NCBI GenBank assembly: GCA_947084965.1
Contig: CAMTUG010000002.1
Location: forward strand, 15,434 to 79,433
DNA: 64,000 nt
DNA from: an uncultured Parcubacteria group bacterium
GTDB lineage: Bacteria > Patescibacteriota > Patescibacteriia > UBA9934 > CAMTUG01
Reading direction: 5' to 3'
In this document: positions 48,337 through 56,205 of the stretch, in pieces
Layout of the letters: each line of letters begins with the position of its first letter
How positions within the stretch are numbered: position 1 is the stretch's first letter
Translations under genes and position numbers: made by a program
Notes under the pieces: model-generated
Seen by the model: only the letters and a program-made list of their open reading frames with translations
Databases searched by the model: none
Told to the model about the DNA's origin: nothing

Positions 48337-49698
48337 ATGAAGCCGAAGCTCTACACCCACCGTCAGGATTCCGTCTCCCAGCTCATCGTCCGCCTGCTCG
48401 AGGGACGGACGCTCGACATCACCGTGGAGGGCAAGCAGGGGCCCTTGGAGCACATCGTGCTCGAAGGTGACGACCAGATCGCCGATCCCCGCGGGATCGC
48501 CCTCTTCTCCGTGTCGGGCACGCTCGACTGGCCCAACCGTCACCTGCGCATGCCGCCGTTCCAGATCAACGGCGGCCCGCCGGCCTGGTGCCGCGAGACC
48601 CCCTTCACCGTCGGGGTCCGTCTCGCCTCGGTCGAGAGCACCCTCGGCCACGCCGGTCACCGAGCCCACGACGGCACCCTTCCGCAGGCGATCCGCCACA
48701 TGCTCGTCGACTACGCCAAGTGGGTGCCGGGTGGTCTGAACCAGACCCCCTGGCACATCGGCGGCGGATCGGGACTCTCCGACGAGACCCGGGCCGGGTT
48801 GCACGACTGGCTGGGCTTCGTCCGGGATGTGTACGTCGCCGACTTCGCCGAGCGGGCGCTCGAGGGCGTGACCCCGATCTGGGGCGATGCGGAGTCCCTG
48901 CGTCGCGCCATCAAGGCCGGGAACGGCCGTACCCGCCTCTTCGTGATGGGGTGTGCGCCGTTCAACGACCCACACACCGACATCGCCACCAAGCTCCGTC
49001 CCGACAAGGCCACCGCGGCTCGCGAAGAGATCGAGCGGTTCCTGCGCGCCAGCGGTGCCTGGATCCAGGACACGACGTTCGTCGTGGTCAGCGGGGACTT
49101 CATGGGCCACCCGGCGCTCAAGGCTTCGCTCCACCCCTTCTTCTTCCGCGCGATCGCGGATCTCGAGGAGAAGCTCGGTCGGACCTTCGACCCGGACTGC
49201 CGTCTGGGCGGCCGCGTCGGTGTCCGGACCGACGAGGAGATCGCCGAGGTCCTCGAGTTCGGCTACCGCATGATCGACCGCGAGCTGGTCACCCCGATCC
49301 GCCAGGCCGTGAACCTGCCGATCGCGACCAAGGCCTGGACCGACGCCTTCCCCCGTCACTACTTCGACGAGGGGGCGGCGATGGCCTCGGAGAACCCGGC
49401 GGTCACCCGCATCATCGAGGAGATCTACGAGGAGCGGGTGCGGACCCGCGAGTGGTACAAGACGGTCGCCGATGCCCTCGGCAGCGACGCTGGGCTCGAG
49501 CGCACCCGGGCCAACGTGGCGATCTACCTCGCCATCGCGCTGTGGATGCGCGACAACCCGGACGCCGTGAACCTCGACACCGAGGTCGACGACCAGTTCT
49601 GGATCCGCCTCGGGCCCGTGCTCAAGGAGATCTGGGGCGACAACGTCCCCTTCATCGGCCACATCGCGCCCCGGGCCCGCCAGCCCTGGGCGTACTAG
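48337..49698 (+). CDS. 453-aa protein of unknown function, strongly foreign composition (GC ~68%, GC3 ~90%)
   Basis: Coherent amino-acid composition in this frame only; overlapping long ORFs in other frames are low-complexity R/P/A artefacts. No diagnostic motif recognised. Confidence 0.65.
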   Translation: MKPKLYTHRQDSVSQLIVRLLEGRTLDITVEGKQGPLEHIVLEGDDQIADPRGIALFSVSGTLDWPNRHLRMPPFQINGGPPAWCRETPFTVGVRLASVESTLGHAGHRAHDGTLPQAIRHMLVDYAKWVPGGLNQTPWHIGGGSGLSDETRAGLHDWLGFVRDVYVADFAERALEGVTPIWGDAESLRRAIKAGNGRTRLFVMGCAPFNDPHTDIATKLRPDKATAAREEIERFLRASGAWIQDTTFVVVSGDFMGHPALKASLHPFFFRAIADLEEKLGRTFDPDCRLGGRVGVRTDEEIAEVLEFGYRMIDRELVTPIRQAVNLPIATKAWTDAFPRHYFDEGAAMASENPAVTRIIEEIYEERVRTREWYKTVADALGSDAGLERTRANVAIYLAIALWMRDNPDAVNLDTEVDDQFWIRLGPVLKEIWGDNVPFIGHIAPRARQPWAY

Positions 49699-49707
49699 GA
49701 GGGCCAC

Positions 49708-50445
49708 ATGGCCATCCGAACCCTGACCATCCACGACCGCGAGATCAAGATCGAGGAGAACCCCCGCGTCTGGATGCCTACCGTCTTCGGCGAGACCCTC
49801 GCGGGCCTCCTCGCCGAAGCGATCCAGCCGGGTGACCGCGTCCTCGACTTCGGCACCGGCTCCGGGATCCAGACGGTTTCTGCCCTCGCCTTCAATGCGG
49901 GGCACGTCACCGCTCTCGACTACAACTCCGCTGCGCTCGACGCGGTCAAGGCGAACGTCCTCCTGAACGGCTTCACCCCGAACGTCTGCGTCGAGACGAT
50001 GCGGTCCAATCTCTTCGGAACGCTCAACTTGCGTCGCGGCTTCGAAGGGGCCTTCGATCTTCTCGTCTGCAATCCCCCGACCTTCCCGGTCGAGCCCCCG
50101 CAGACGGGCGATCGGATGATGGTCGAGTGGGAGCACGCCGGCCGCGACGGGCGACTGCTCCTCGACGCCTGCCTCGACCAGGGCCCTCGGTTCCTCAAGG
50201 TGGGCGGTCGACTCCTCGTGATCTCCACTTCGACCCAGCGGTGGAGTGTGACGCGAGAGAAGCTCCAACGTCAGTGGGGCAGCTACCGGGTCCTTCGCGA
50301 GATCGACATCCCGCTCGCCGACCACTACCGCGTGTTCTTCAGCCGCTGGCGCGAACTGGCGCGTCGCACCGGCGAACCGATCGTCTTCGACGTCGACGGC
50401 GTCCTCCACCAGAAGCTGACCTTCATCGAGGCCACGCGCAGCTAG
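49708..50445 (+). CDS. class I SAM-dependent methyltransferase, HemK/PrmC/TrmN6-like small MTase domain (motif IV NPPTF)
   Basis: Motif I VLDFGTGSGIQ, motif IV VCNPPTFPV, substrate-loop-like WMPTVFGETL; same foreign codon usage; 9-nt gap after upstream ORF. Confidence 0.75.
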   Translation: MAIRTLTIHDREIKIEENPRVWMPTVFGETLAGLLAEAIQPGDRVLDFGTGSGIQTVSALAFNAGHVTALDYNSAALDAVKANVLLNGFTPNVCVETMRSNLFGTLNLRRGFEGAFDLLVCNPPTFPVEPPQTGDRMMVEWEHAGRDGRLLLDACLDQGPRFLKVGGRLLVISTSTQRWSVTREKLQRQWGSYRVLREIDIPLADHYRVFFSRWRELARRTGEPIVFDVDGVLHQKLTFIEATRS

Positions 50446-50525
50446 TAGGGGCCTGACCGCCGACCGACTCACGGGGGTGTCCAGCACTTGGACACCCCCA
50501 TCGTCTTTCTTTATACTTACACCGT

Positions 50526-51515
50526 ATGTACATCTTTGATCTGCATCAGGACATCAGTGACTCCATGCTTTACACCGCGCACGGCGATTTTTGGAAGAAA
50601 AACGATCTGCGCGACGGATGGAACGATTTTAGTTTGCCGGTAAACAATCAGAGCGACTTTGTGCGTTTGGGCGAGTCGGGCTTTAAAGCGATTTTCGGGG
50701 CCTGTTGCGCGATCGAAATTACAAAAGAAGGGAAGGTTGCCCCGTGCAAAGATCACCGTGCTGAAGTAGAAAGACACTTCGCGCTGTACCATCAGCTGGT
50801 GGAAGAGGGGCAGGGGAAGGTTCAGTTTATTTTGCGCCGTGATGATCTCGCGAAGATCAAGGATCATGCTTTGAGTTTTCTCCTTGCGGTTGAAGGGGCA
50901 GATTCGATCGACGATGAATTAGCGGTTGTCGATTGGTATGCCGCGCGTGGTGTGCGTTCCGTTGGTTTCACTTGGAACTATAATAATCGCCTCGCGGGTG
51001 GTTGCATGGAGGATGGCCGATTGAGTGACACCGGTCGTCGAGCGATCACGCGGATGGAAGAGCACGGGATCGTCCTTGATCTTGCTCACATCAACGAAGC
51101 GAGTTTTTGGGACTGCATGGAAGTTGCGAAGAAGCCAGTGATTATTTCGCACACCGCCTGCCGCGTCTGCTTTGACTCACCACGCAACGTTTCTGATGAG
51201 CAGATGCTGGCGGTGAAAAAGACTGGTGGAACGATCGGGATTTTTGGTGTACCGAAATATCTCGGAGCGCCAACCGTCGAAAAAATCATCGAACACATTC
51301 GGCACTGCGTCGGTGTCGTTGGAATCGACCATGTGTCTTTTGGAACGGATTTTGGATCGATGACCGCTCCGCAGCTGATCCCTGGGTTCGAGCATGTTTC
51401 CGATATGCCGAGCTTTATTGATCGGATGCGAGAATCTGGCTTTTCTGAAGAGGACCTGGAAAAGATCGGACACAAAAATATCGAACGCGTCCTCTGGCAG
51501 ACGCTGCCGACCTAA
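50526..51515 (+). CDS. membrane dipeptidase (peptidase M19)
   Basis: DLHQD, VEGADSIDDELAVVDWYAARGVRSVGFTWN, LDLAHINEASFWD, ISHTACR, FGTDF; followed by terminator aaaaatcgagctccagggagctcgattttt. Confidence 0.85.
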   Translation: MYIFDLHQDISDSMLYTAHGDFWKKNDLRDGWNDFSLPVNNQSDFVRLGESGFKAIFGACCAIEITKEGKVAPCKDHRAEVERHFALYHQLVEEGQGKVQFILRRDDLAKIKDHALSFLLAVEGADSIDDELAVVDWYAARGVRSVGFTWNYNNRLAGGCMEDGRLSDTGRRAITRMEEHGIVLDLAHINEASFWDCMEVAKKPVIISHTACRVCFDSPRNVSDEQMLAVKKTGGTIGIFGVPKYLGAPTVEKIIEHIRHCVGVVGIDHVSFGTDFGSMTAPQLIPGFEHVSDMPSFIDRMRESGFSEEDLEKIGHKNIERVLWQTLPT

Positions 51516-51550
51516 CGCAAAAATCGAGCTCCAGGGAGCTCGATTTTTGG

Positions 51551-51756
51551 TGTCTCAGAAATCAATCGGGTGGTCCGGCGAACCGTTTATACTTCTGGAT
51601 GCTGTGCCTTGCGGGGATCGAGTGCGGACAGACGTCTGTGCTACGACATCTCGTGGAGCTTCCTCCGAGACGTCCGTGTGCATCGTTCCGCAAGGCCTAG
51701 GCACGCTTCGTGAGTGATCTTGGTCCAAGACCAAACACGATTGCTTCTGAGACATA
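51551..51756. ncRNA. candidate ~200-nt structured RNA (long imperfect hairpin; 6S-like?) in intergenic region
   Basis: Ends pair (tctcagaa/ttctgaga); nested helices gccttgcgg/ccgcaaggc, palindrome cagacgtctg, ggagcttcctcc; no credible ORF. Identity unverified. Confidence 0.3.
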
Positions 51757-52071
51757 GGTATCATAACAATCAGGAGAGGTAGGTCAAAAAAGTTGCGCGC
51801 AGATTGTGCACGCGTTTATCCCCAAAATGGGGATAAACACAAAAAACCCGGGAACGGGCCTTTTGTTGGCGCTTCAGCACGATCGAATTCTGAACAGGCT
51901 CATGACCACAATAAGTGAGCATCTCCTGACTCTCGTCGACGGATTCAGCCGAAGCCGAATCGATCGATCTGGTTCAGGCGCGAGCCGCATCAGCTCTCAA
52001 GGTCCTCGCTTTCCGCTAAGACCATATCGGAGCTTTCGTTCAGAGTTGACCCTTTCAGAATACGACCGTAC

Positions 52072-52704
52072 ATGAAGCAAATCTATGATAGCATGAGGGG
52101 CATGGACCTCCAGAAAGAATTGCACAGGTTACGCACACCAAAGGCGGTGCAGGATTTCGTGAATGCCCTGGCTTTTAACTTTGAGGAAGATGGTGACACC
52201 TGCCACTCGCCGCGTCAGGTGCTTGAAGTCGGAAAGGCCCAATGTATGGAAGGGGCGATGCTCGCGGCGAGTGCTTTGCGGTTGCAAGGACAGCGTCCGA
52301 TTGTGCTGGATCTTGTCAGTACGGATGACGACTTCGATCATGTCGTCGCGTTATTTAAACAGCATGGATGCTGGGGGGCGATCTCCAAAACAAATCACGC
52401 GGTGTTGCGGTATCGCGAACCGGTGTATCGCACTGTGCGCGAACTCACGATGAGTTACTTTCACGAATATTTTTTGCAATCAAATGGAAAGAAGACGTTG
52501 CGCGCCTGGGCGACGGTGGATCTGACAAAGTTCGATCGGCGCGGATGGATGATCGCCGAGGAAGACGTTTGGTACATCCCTGAGTATCTGTGCGTGATCC
52601 CGCACCAGTCCATTTTGACGCCGGCGCAGGTCAGGGGGCTTCGCAAGGCCGAGCAGATCGAGCGTAAAGCCGGGGAGCACGTTGAGTGGAAAGAGCAAAA
52701 GTAA
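52072..52704 (+). CDS. transglutaminase-like (Cys-His-Asp) domain protein, cytoplasmic
   Basis: GKAQCMEGAMLAASALRLQG (Cys core) and DDFDHVVAL (His/Asp) resemble the transglutaminase-like cysteine peptidase fold. Confidence 0.5.
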   Translation: MKQIYDSMRGMDLQKELHRLRTPKAVQDFVNALAFNFEEDGDTCHSPRQVLEVGKAQCMEGAMLAASALRLQGQRPIVLDLVSTDDDFDHVVALFKQHGCWGAISKTNHAVLRYREPVYRTVRELTMSYFHEYFLQSNGKKTLRAWATVDLTKFDRRGWMIAEEDVWYIPEYLCVIPHQSILTPAQVRGLRKAEQIERKAGEHVEWKEQK

Positions 52705-52732
52705 CAAGTTGCTATTTTCCCGCTTTCCCATT

Positions 52733-52771
52733 ACGATTTATTTCGAAATTCGTATTTCGGATTTCGTATTT
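52733..52771. repeat. third copy of heptamer repeat element, abutting murA start codon
   Basis: cgatttatttcgaaattcgtatttcggatttcgtattt|ATG; reverse complement aaatacgaaatccgaaatacgaatttcgaaataaatcg matches the trxA-trxB element. Confidence 0.55.
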
Positions 52772-54076
52772 ATGAAGAAGTTATTGATTACCGGCGGAAC
52801 GCCTTGTAAAGGCGAAGTTCGGGTGAGCGGGGCCAAGAACGCAGCGTCGAAAATGATGATCGCCAGTTTGCTGACGGACGAGCCGGTAACCCTTTTAAAC
52901 ATCCCGCGGCAGCAGGAAACGGATATCACCAAAGAGATCTGTGGGATCATCGGGGCAGAAGCAAGTTTCCCCGAAGAACACACACTGACGTTACACACCA
53001 AAGAGATCAAGTCACGCTCGGTCGTTGCCTTGTCGCGCAAGAATCGCATCTCGATTTTGGCCACGGCACCGTTGTTGCATCGCGTGGGCGAAGCGATCGT
53101 TCCGATGCCAGCAGGGGACGCGATCGGTCCGCGACCGGTCAATTTTCATATTGATGCCCTTGAAAAGATGGGCGCCAAAATCGAGAACACATCTGAAGGA
53201 TTGCGTGCGACCGTTAACGGACGATTGAAAGGGGCGTTGATCGAATTGCCATATCCGTCCGTTGGGGCGACCGAGTCATCGATCCTGGCTGGTGTACTCG
53301 CCGAAGGGCGCACCGTGATTGTGAATGCCGCGATTGAACCAGAGATCATGGCCTTGATTAAGATGTTGCAGACGATGGGTGCAGTTATCGGCGTCGGAGC
53401 TGGGCGCGTGATCGAGATTTATGGCGTTGAAACGTTGCATGGCACGACGGTTCGGGTAATGCCGGATCCACTCGAAGTTGTTTCGTTTGCCTGTGTGGCG
53501 CTCGGCACGGGCGGGGAGATTTTGGTGAAAGATGCGGTGCACGATCACCTGGTTACCTTCTTGAACACCGTCCGTCGCATCGGCGGCGATTACGAAGTGC
53601 GCGACGATGGCATCGTGTTCCGCGGTTCGAAGTCCTACAAAGGGATTGAACTTGAGACGGATACCTATCCGGGGTTCCGCACGGACTGGCAGCAGCCGTT
53701 TGTCGCCGTACTCACTCAGGCCGAAGGGACGAGTGTGGTGCACGAAACGGTGTACGAAGATCGCTTTGCTTACACCAAGTCACTAAACGAAATGGGGGCA
53801 GAGATCGCCGTGTTCTCTAATTGTTTGGGAGAAATTCCGTGCCGGTTTAAAGGGAAGAATCATCGCCACAGTGCTGTCATTAATGGTCCGCGCAAATTGC
53901 ACGCCGCTAACCTTGAGTTGCTCGACATCCGCGCCGGTCTCGCTCTGGTCGTCGCAGCACTCATCGCCGAAGGCACTTCAGAATTGATCGTCGGCGAGCA
54001 CCTGGATCGCGGTTACGAAAAGCTCGATGAAAAGCTGATCTCGCTAGGCGCGAATATCAAGGTCGTTAATGAGTAG
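52772..54076 (+). CDS. murA: UDP-N-acetylglucosamine 1-carboxyvinyltransferase
   Basis: MKKLLITGGTPCKGEVRVSGAKNAASKMMIAS..., catalytic-loop region; start verified at 52772. Confidence 0.95.
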   Translation: MKKLLITGGTPCKGEVRVSGAKNAASKMMIASLLTDEPVTLLNIPRQQETDITKEICGIIGAEASFPEEHTLTLHTKEIKSRSVVALSRKNRISILATAPLLHRVGEAIVPMPAGDAIGPRPVNFHIDALEKMGAKIENTSEGLRATVNGRLKGALIELPYPSVGATESSILAGVLAEGRTVIVNAAIEPEIMALIKMLQTMGAVIGVGAGRVIEIYGVETLHGTTVRVMPDPLEVVSFACVALGTGGEILVKDAVHDHLVTFLNTVRRIGGDYEVRDDGIVFRGSKSYKGIELETDTYPGFRTDWQQPFVAVLTQAEGTSVVHETVYEDRFAYTKSLNEMGAEIAVFSNCLGEIPCRFKGKNHRHSAVINGPRKLHAANLELLDIRAGLALVVAALIAEGTSELIVGEHLDRGYEKLDEKLISLGANIKVVNE

Positions 54077-54287
54077 TTTTCATGAAAGGGGATTGACAGA
54101 ACGGGATTTTTCTGGTAGAAAGGGAGTATTACATTCCGGCAGTGATGCCGCTCGCACATACAGCTGTGCCGGCGGCGTTATTGTTTCACGCAGAGTTGGT
54201 GTTTCTCGAAAAGTCATTTTTTCAACCATAACCTATTCATTACCTAATCGCTACCTACGATTAACCTATTAATAACCTGATCGCTAT

Positions 54288-54476
54288 ATGTCTAAAAAAG
54301 TGATATTTTCGGTACCAGCACAGCTTGATGAACGGATTATGAAGTATCTCGAGACTTGGGGCTTCATGACCAAAGCGGAGTTTTTCCGTCACGCCGCCAT
54401 TACCTACCTGGACCGAAATGAAAAACAGACAGAGGCTCGAAAGATGGGTGTTCGATTACCACTGACTGCTTTCTGA
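54288..54476 (+). CDS. ribbon-helix-helix (CopG/Arc/ParD-like) small DNA-binding protein
   Basis: 62 aa; KKVIFSVPAQLDERIMKYLETWGFMTKAEFFRHAAITYL fits beta-strand/helix/helix; upstream direct repeats could be its operator. Confidence 0.5.
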   Translation: MSKKVIFSVPAQLDERIMKYLETWGFMTKAEFFRHAAITYLDRNEKQTEARKMGVRLPLTAF

Positions 54477-54526
54477 CATTTCAGAGAAAACCAAAAACAC
54501 CCCGGAAGGGGTGCTCTCGTTCCAGA

Positions 54527-54808
54527 TTATTTTTCTGGATGCGTTTTTTGTTTGGTCTTGGCGCGGTTGGTCGTAGCTTTGCGCTTGTGGCGGTTCACTA
54601 AGCGACGTTCGACGACCCCGAGCGTTTCGATAAAGGTCGGCTTTTTGGTGAGGGTGCGCAGGCAGCGGGTGCACATGCGGTAGGCCTTGCCGGCGATACG
54701 CTTGACCTGGATGTTCACCAGTTTACGCGTCTTCGTTTTGTTGTTGGCATGGCTGACGGTCTGGGCGCTTTGCGCTCCGCGGCCGCAGGTTTCACAAAAT
54801 CGGGACAT
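54527..54808 (-). CDS. rpmB: 50S ribosomal protein L28 (C-terminal extension)
   Basis: MSRFCETCGRGAQSAQTVSHANNKTKTRKLVNIQ.... Confidence 0.85.
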   Translation of the reverse strand: MSRFCETCGRGAQSAQTVSHANNKTKTRKLVNIQVKRIAGKAYRMCTRCLRTLTKKPTFIETLGVVERRLVNRHKRKATTNRAKTKQKTHPEK

Positions 54809-54884
54809 AGGATGTATTTAATCGTGGCCGGAGTGTAGCAATATCGACTCTTTTTGGCAAGAGGAGTAGGATTGGGGAGCAATT

Positions 54885-55565
54885 ATGTTCTTCTCTCTCT
54901 TAGCCCAGAACCCACTCGTAGCCGTTGCCTGGATCTTAGCGATCCTTATTTCTTTGACGATTCATGAATTCTCCCATGCCCTCATCGGGAAGCTGCGCGG
55001 GGACAGAACGGCCGAACGCGACGGCCGGTTAACCTTGAATCCATTGGCCCATATCGATTGGATGGGATTCATGGCGATGTTGTTTCTGGGGTTCGGTTGG
55101 GCTAAACCCGTGCCGTTCAATCCGTACAATTTACGCGACCCAAAGTGGGATTCTGTGAAGATCGCCCTTGCCGGCCCATTGTCGAACCTAGCGATCGCCT
55201 GTGTCTGTGCGATTATTCTTCGATCTTTAATCGCCTTTGGAGGGATTGTCGAGCTGAATCTGCTCGTTGTTTTTCTCGTTCTTCTCACGCTTCTCAACCT
55301 GTTCCTGATGTTTTTCAACATCATCCCGATTCATCCGCTTGACGGCTCCAAACTCTTTTTTGCCTTATTTGACGCTCCAAAGTACACGCAACTACGCCAA
55401 TTTGTGGCTGTACGGGGTCCGCAGATCCTCTTTTTCCTCGTCATCGCTTCACTCCTTACCAACCTCGATATCTTTTTCTTCGTTAGTGCTCCGGCTTACG
55501 CCGTCTGTGATTCATTGATTGGCGGGTCCTGTGTGAGCGTCCTGTATTCCGCTTTTGGAGTGTAG
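54885..55565 (+). CDS. site-2 protease family (peptidase M50) membrane metalloprotease
   Basis: HEFSHAL zinc motif in TM1, second motif region LDGSKLF, ~6 TM. Confidence 0.8.
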   Translation: MFFSLLAQNPLVAVAWILAILISLTIHEFSHALIGKLRGDRTAERDGRLTLNPLAHIDWMGFMAMLFLGFGWAKPVPFNPYNLRDPKWDSVKIALAGPLSNLAIACVCAIILRSLIAFGGIVELNLLVVFLVLLTLLNLFLMFFNIIPIHPLDGSKLFFALFDAPKYTQLRQFVAVRGPQILFFLVIASLLTNLDIFFFVSAPAYAVCDSLIGGSCVSVLYSAFGV

Positions 55566-55634
55566 TTCTTGACGTTTTTTGAGGTCAATGGTACCTTTTT
55601 GCCACTTGAAAACCTGTCATCTTGTTCGCGAATT

Positions 55635-56060
55635 ATGCCAACGATCAATCAACTCGTCCGTAAAGGCCGCAAGAAACCGACGACCAAATCGAAGTCGCCG
55701 GCGATGATGTTTAAATACGACTCGTTGCATCGCAAGCGTACCGAATACCGCATCGGTTCCCCGTTCAAGCGCGGCGTTTGCGTTAAAGTGACGACCATGA
55801 CCCCGAAAAAGCCGAACTCGGCTTTGCGTAAAATCGCCCGTGTGCGTCTTTCAAACGGGATGGAAGTCACCGCCTACATCCCAGGGGAAGGGCATAACTT
55901 GCAGGAACACTCGATCGTCATGTTGCGCGGCGGACGCGTGAAGGACTTGCCAGGTGTCCGTTATCACATCGTCCGTGGTCGCTACGACGCGGCGGGGGTT
56001 GAAGGGCGCGGTCGCAGCCGATCGATTTACGGGACCAAGAAGCCGAAAGCAAAGAAATAA
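55635..56060 (+). CDS. rpsL: 30S ribosomal protein S12 (with ~17-aa insertion)
   Basis: [14 protein letters not shown]...[59 protein letters not shown]; extra [19 protein letters not shown] between KSPA and PFKRGVC. Confidence 0.92.
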   Translation: MPTINQLVRKGRKKPTTKSKSPAMMFKYDSLHRKRTEYRIGSPFKRGVCVKVTTMTPKKPNSALRKIARVRLSNGMEVTAYIPGEGHNLQEHSIVMLRGGRVKDLPGVRYHIVRGRYDAAGVEGRGRSRSIYGTKKPKAKK

Positions 56061-56074
56061 GGAAAGCAGAAAGT

Positions 56075-56127
56075 GGTAAGTAGTAAGTTGAGACGCGAGT
56101 GTCTCTACGTTCCACTTACTGCTTACC
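56075..56127. repeat. GGTAAGTAGTAAGT palindromic hairpin element between rpsL and rpsG
   Basis: ggtaagtagtaagt-TGAGACgcgagtGTCTC-tacgttcc-acttactgcttacc: nested hairpin; related copies at 22768-22783 and 35430-35479. Confidence 0.55.
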
Positions 56128-56205
56128 AGTTACCAAAAAATTACTCTCCGTCCCCTCGAAGTACCACGCACGCTGGGAAGAAACGAGGAGACGTAACATA
56201 CACCT

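Noticed and set aside
48292-50487. 731-aa minus-strand ORF plus overlapping 415-aa, 136-aa and 109-aa ORFs in the 48.3-50.5 kb region
   Set aside because: Low-complexity Arg/Pro/Ala/Gly/Asp-rich translations typical of alternative frames of ~68% GC DNA. The + frame 48337 and 49708 ORFs have coherent composition, GC3 bias and recognisable MTase motifs.
51813-51840. CRISPR repeat
   Set aside because: Single palindromic unit with no spacer-repeat periodicity; no cas genes in the window.
52682-52771. N-terminal 30-aa extension of murA in the ORF track
   Set aside because: The region is the heptamer repeat element; conserved MurA N-terminus begins at MKKLLITGG (52772).
54069-54272. 67-aa ORF upstream of the RHH gene
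   Set aside because: Its 3' end is a partial duplicate of the RHH gene start and the rest overlaps the direct repeats; more likely operator or repeat DNA than a gene.
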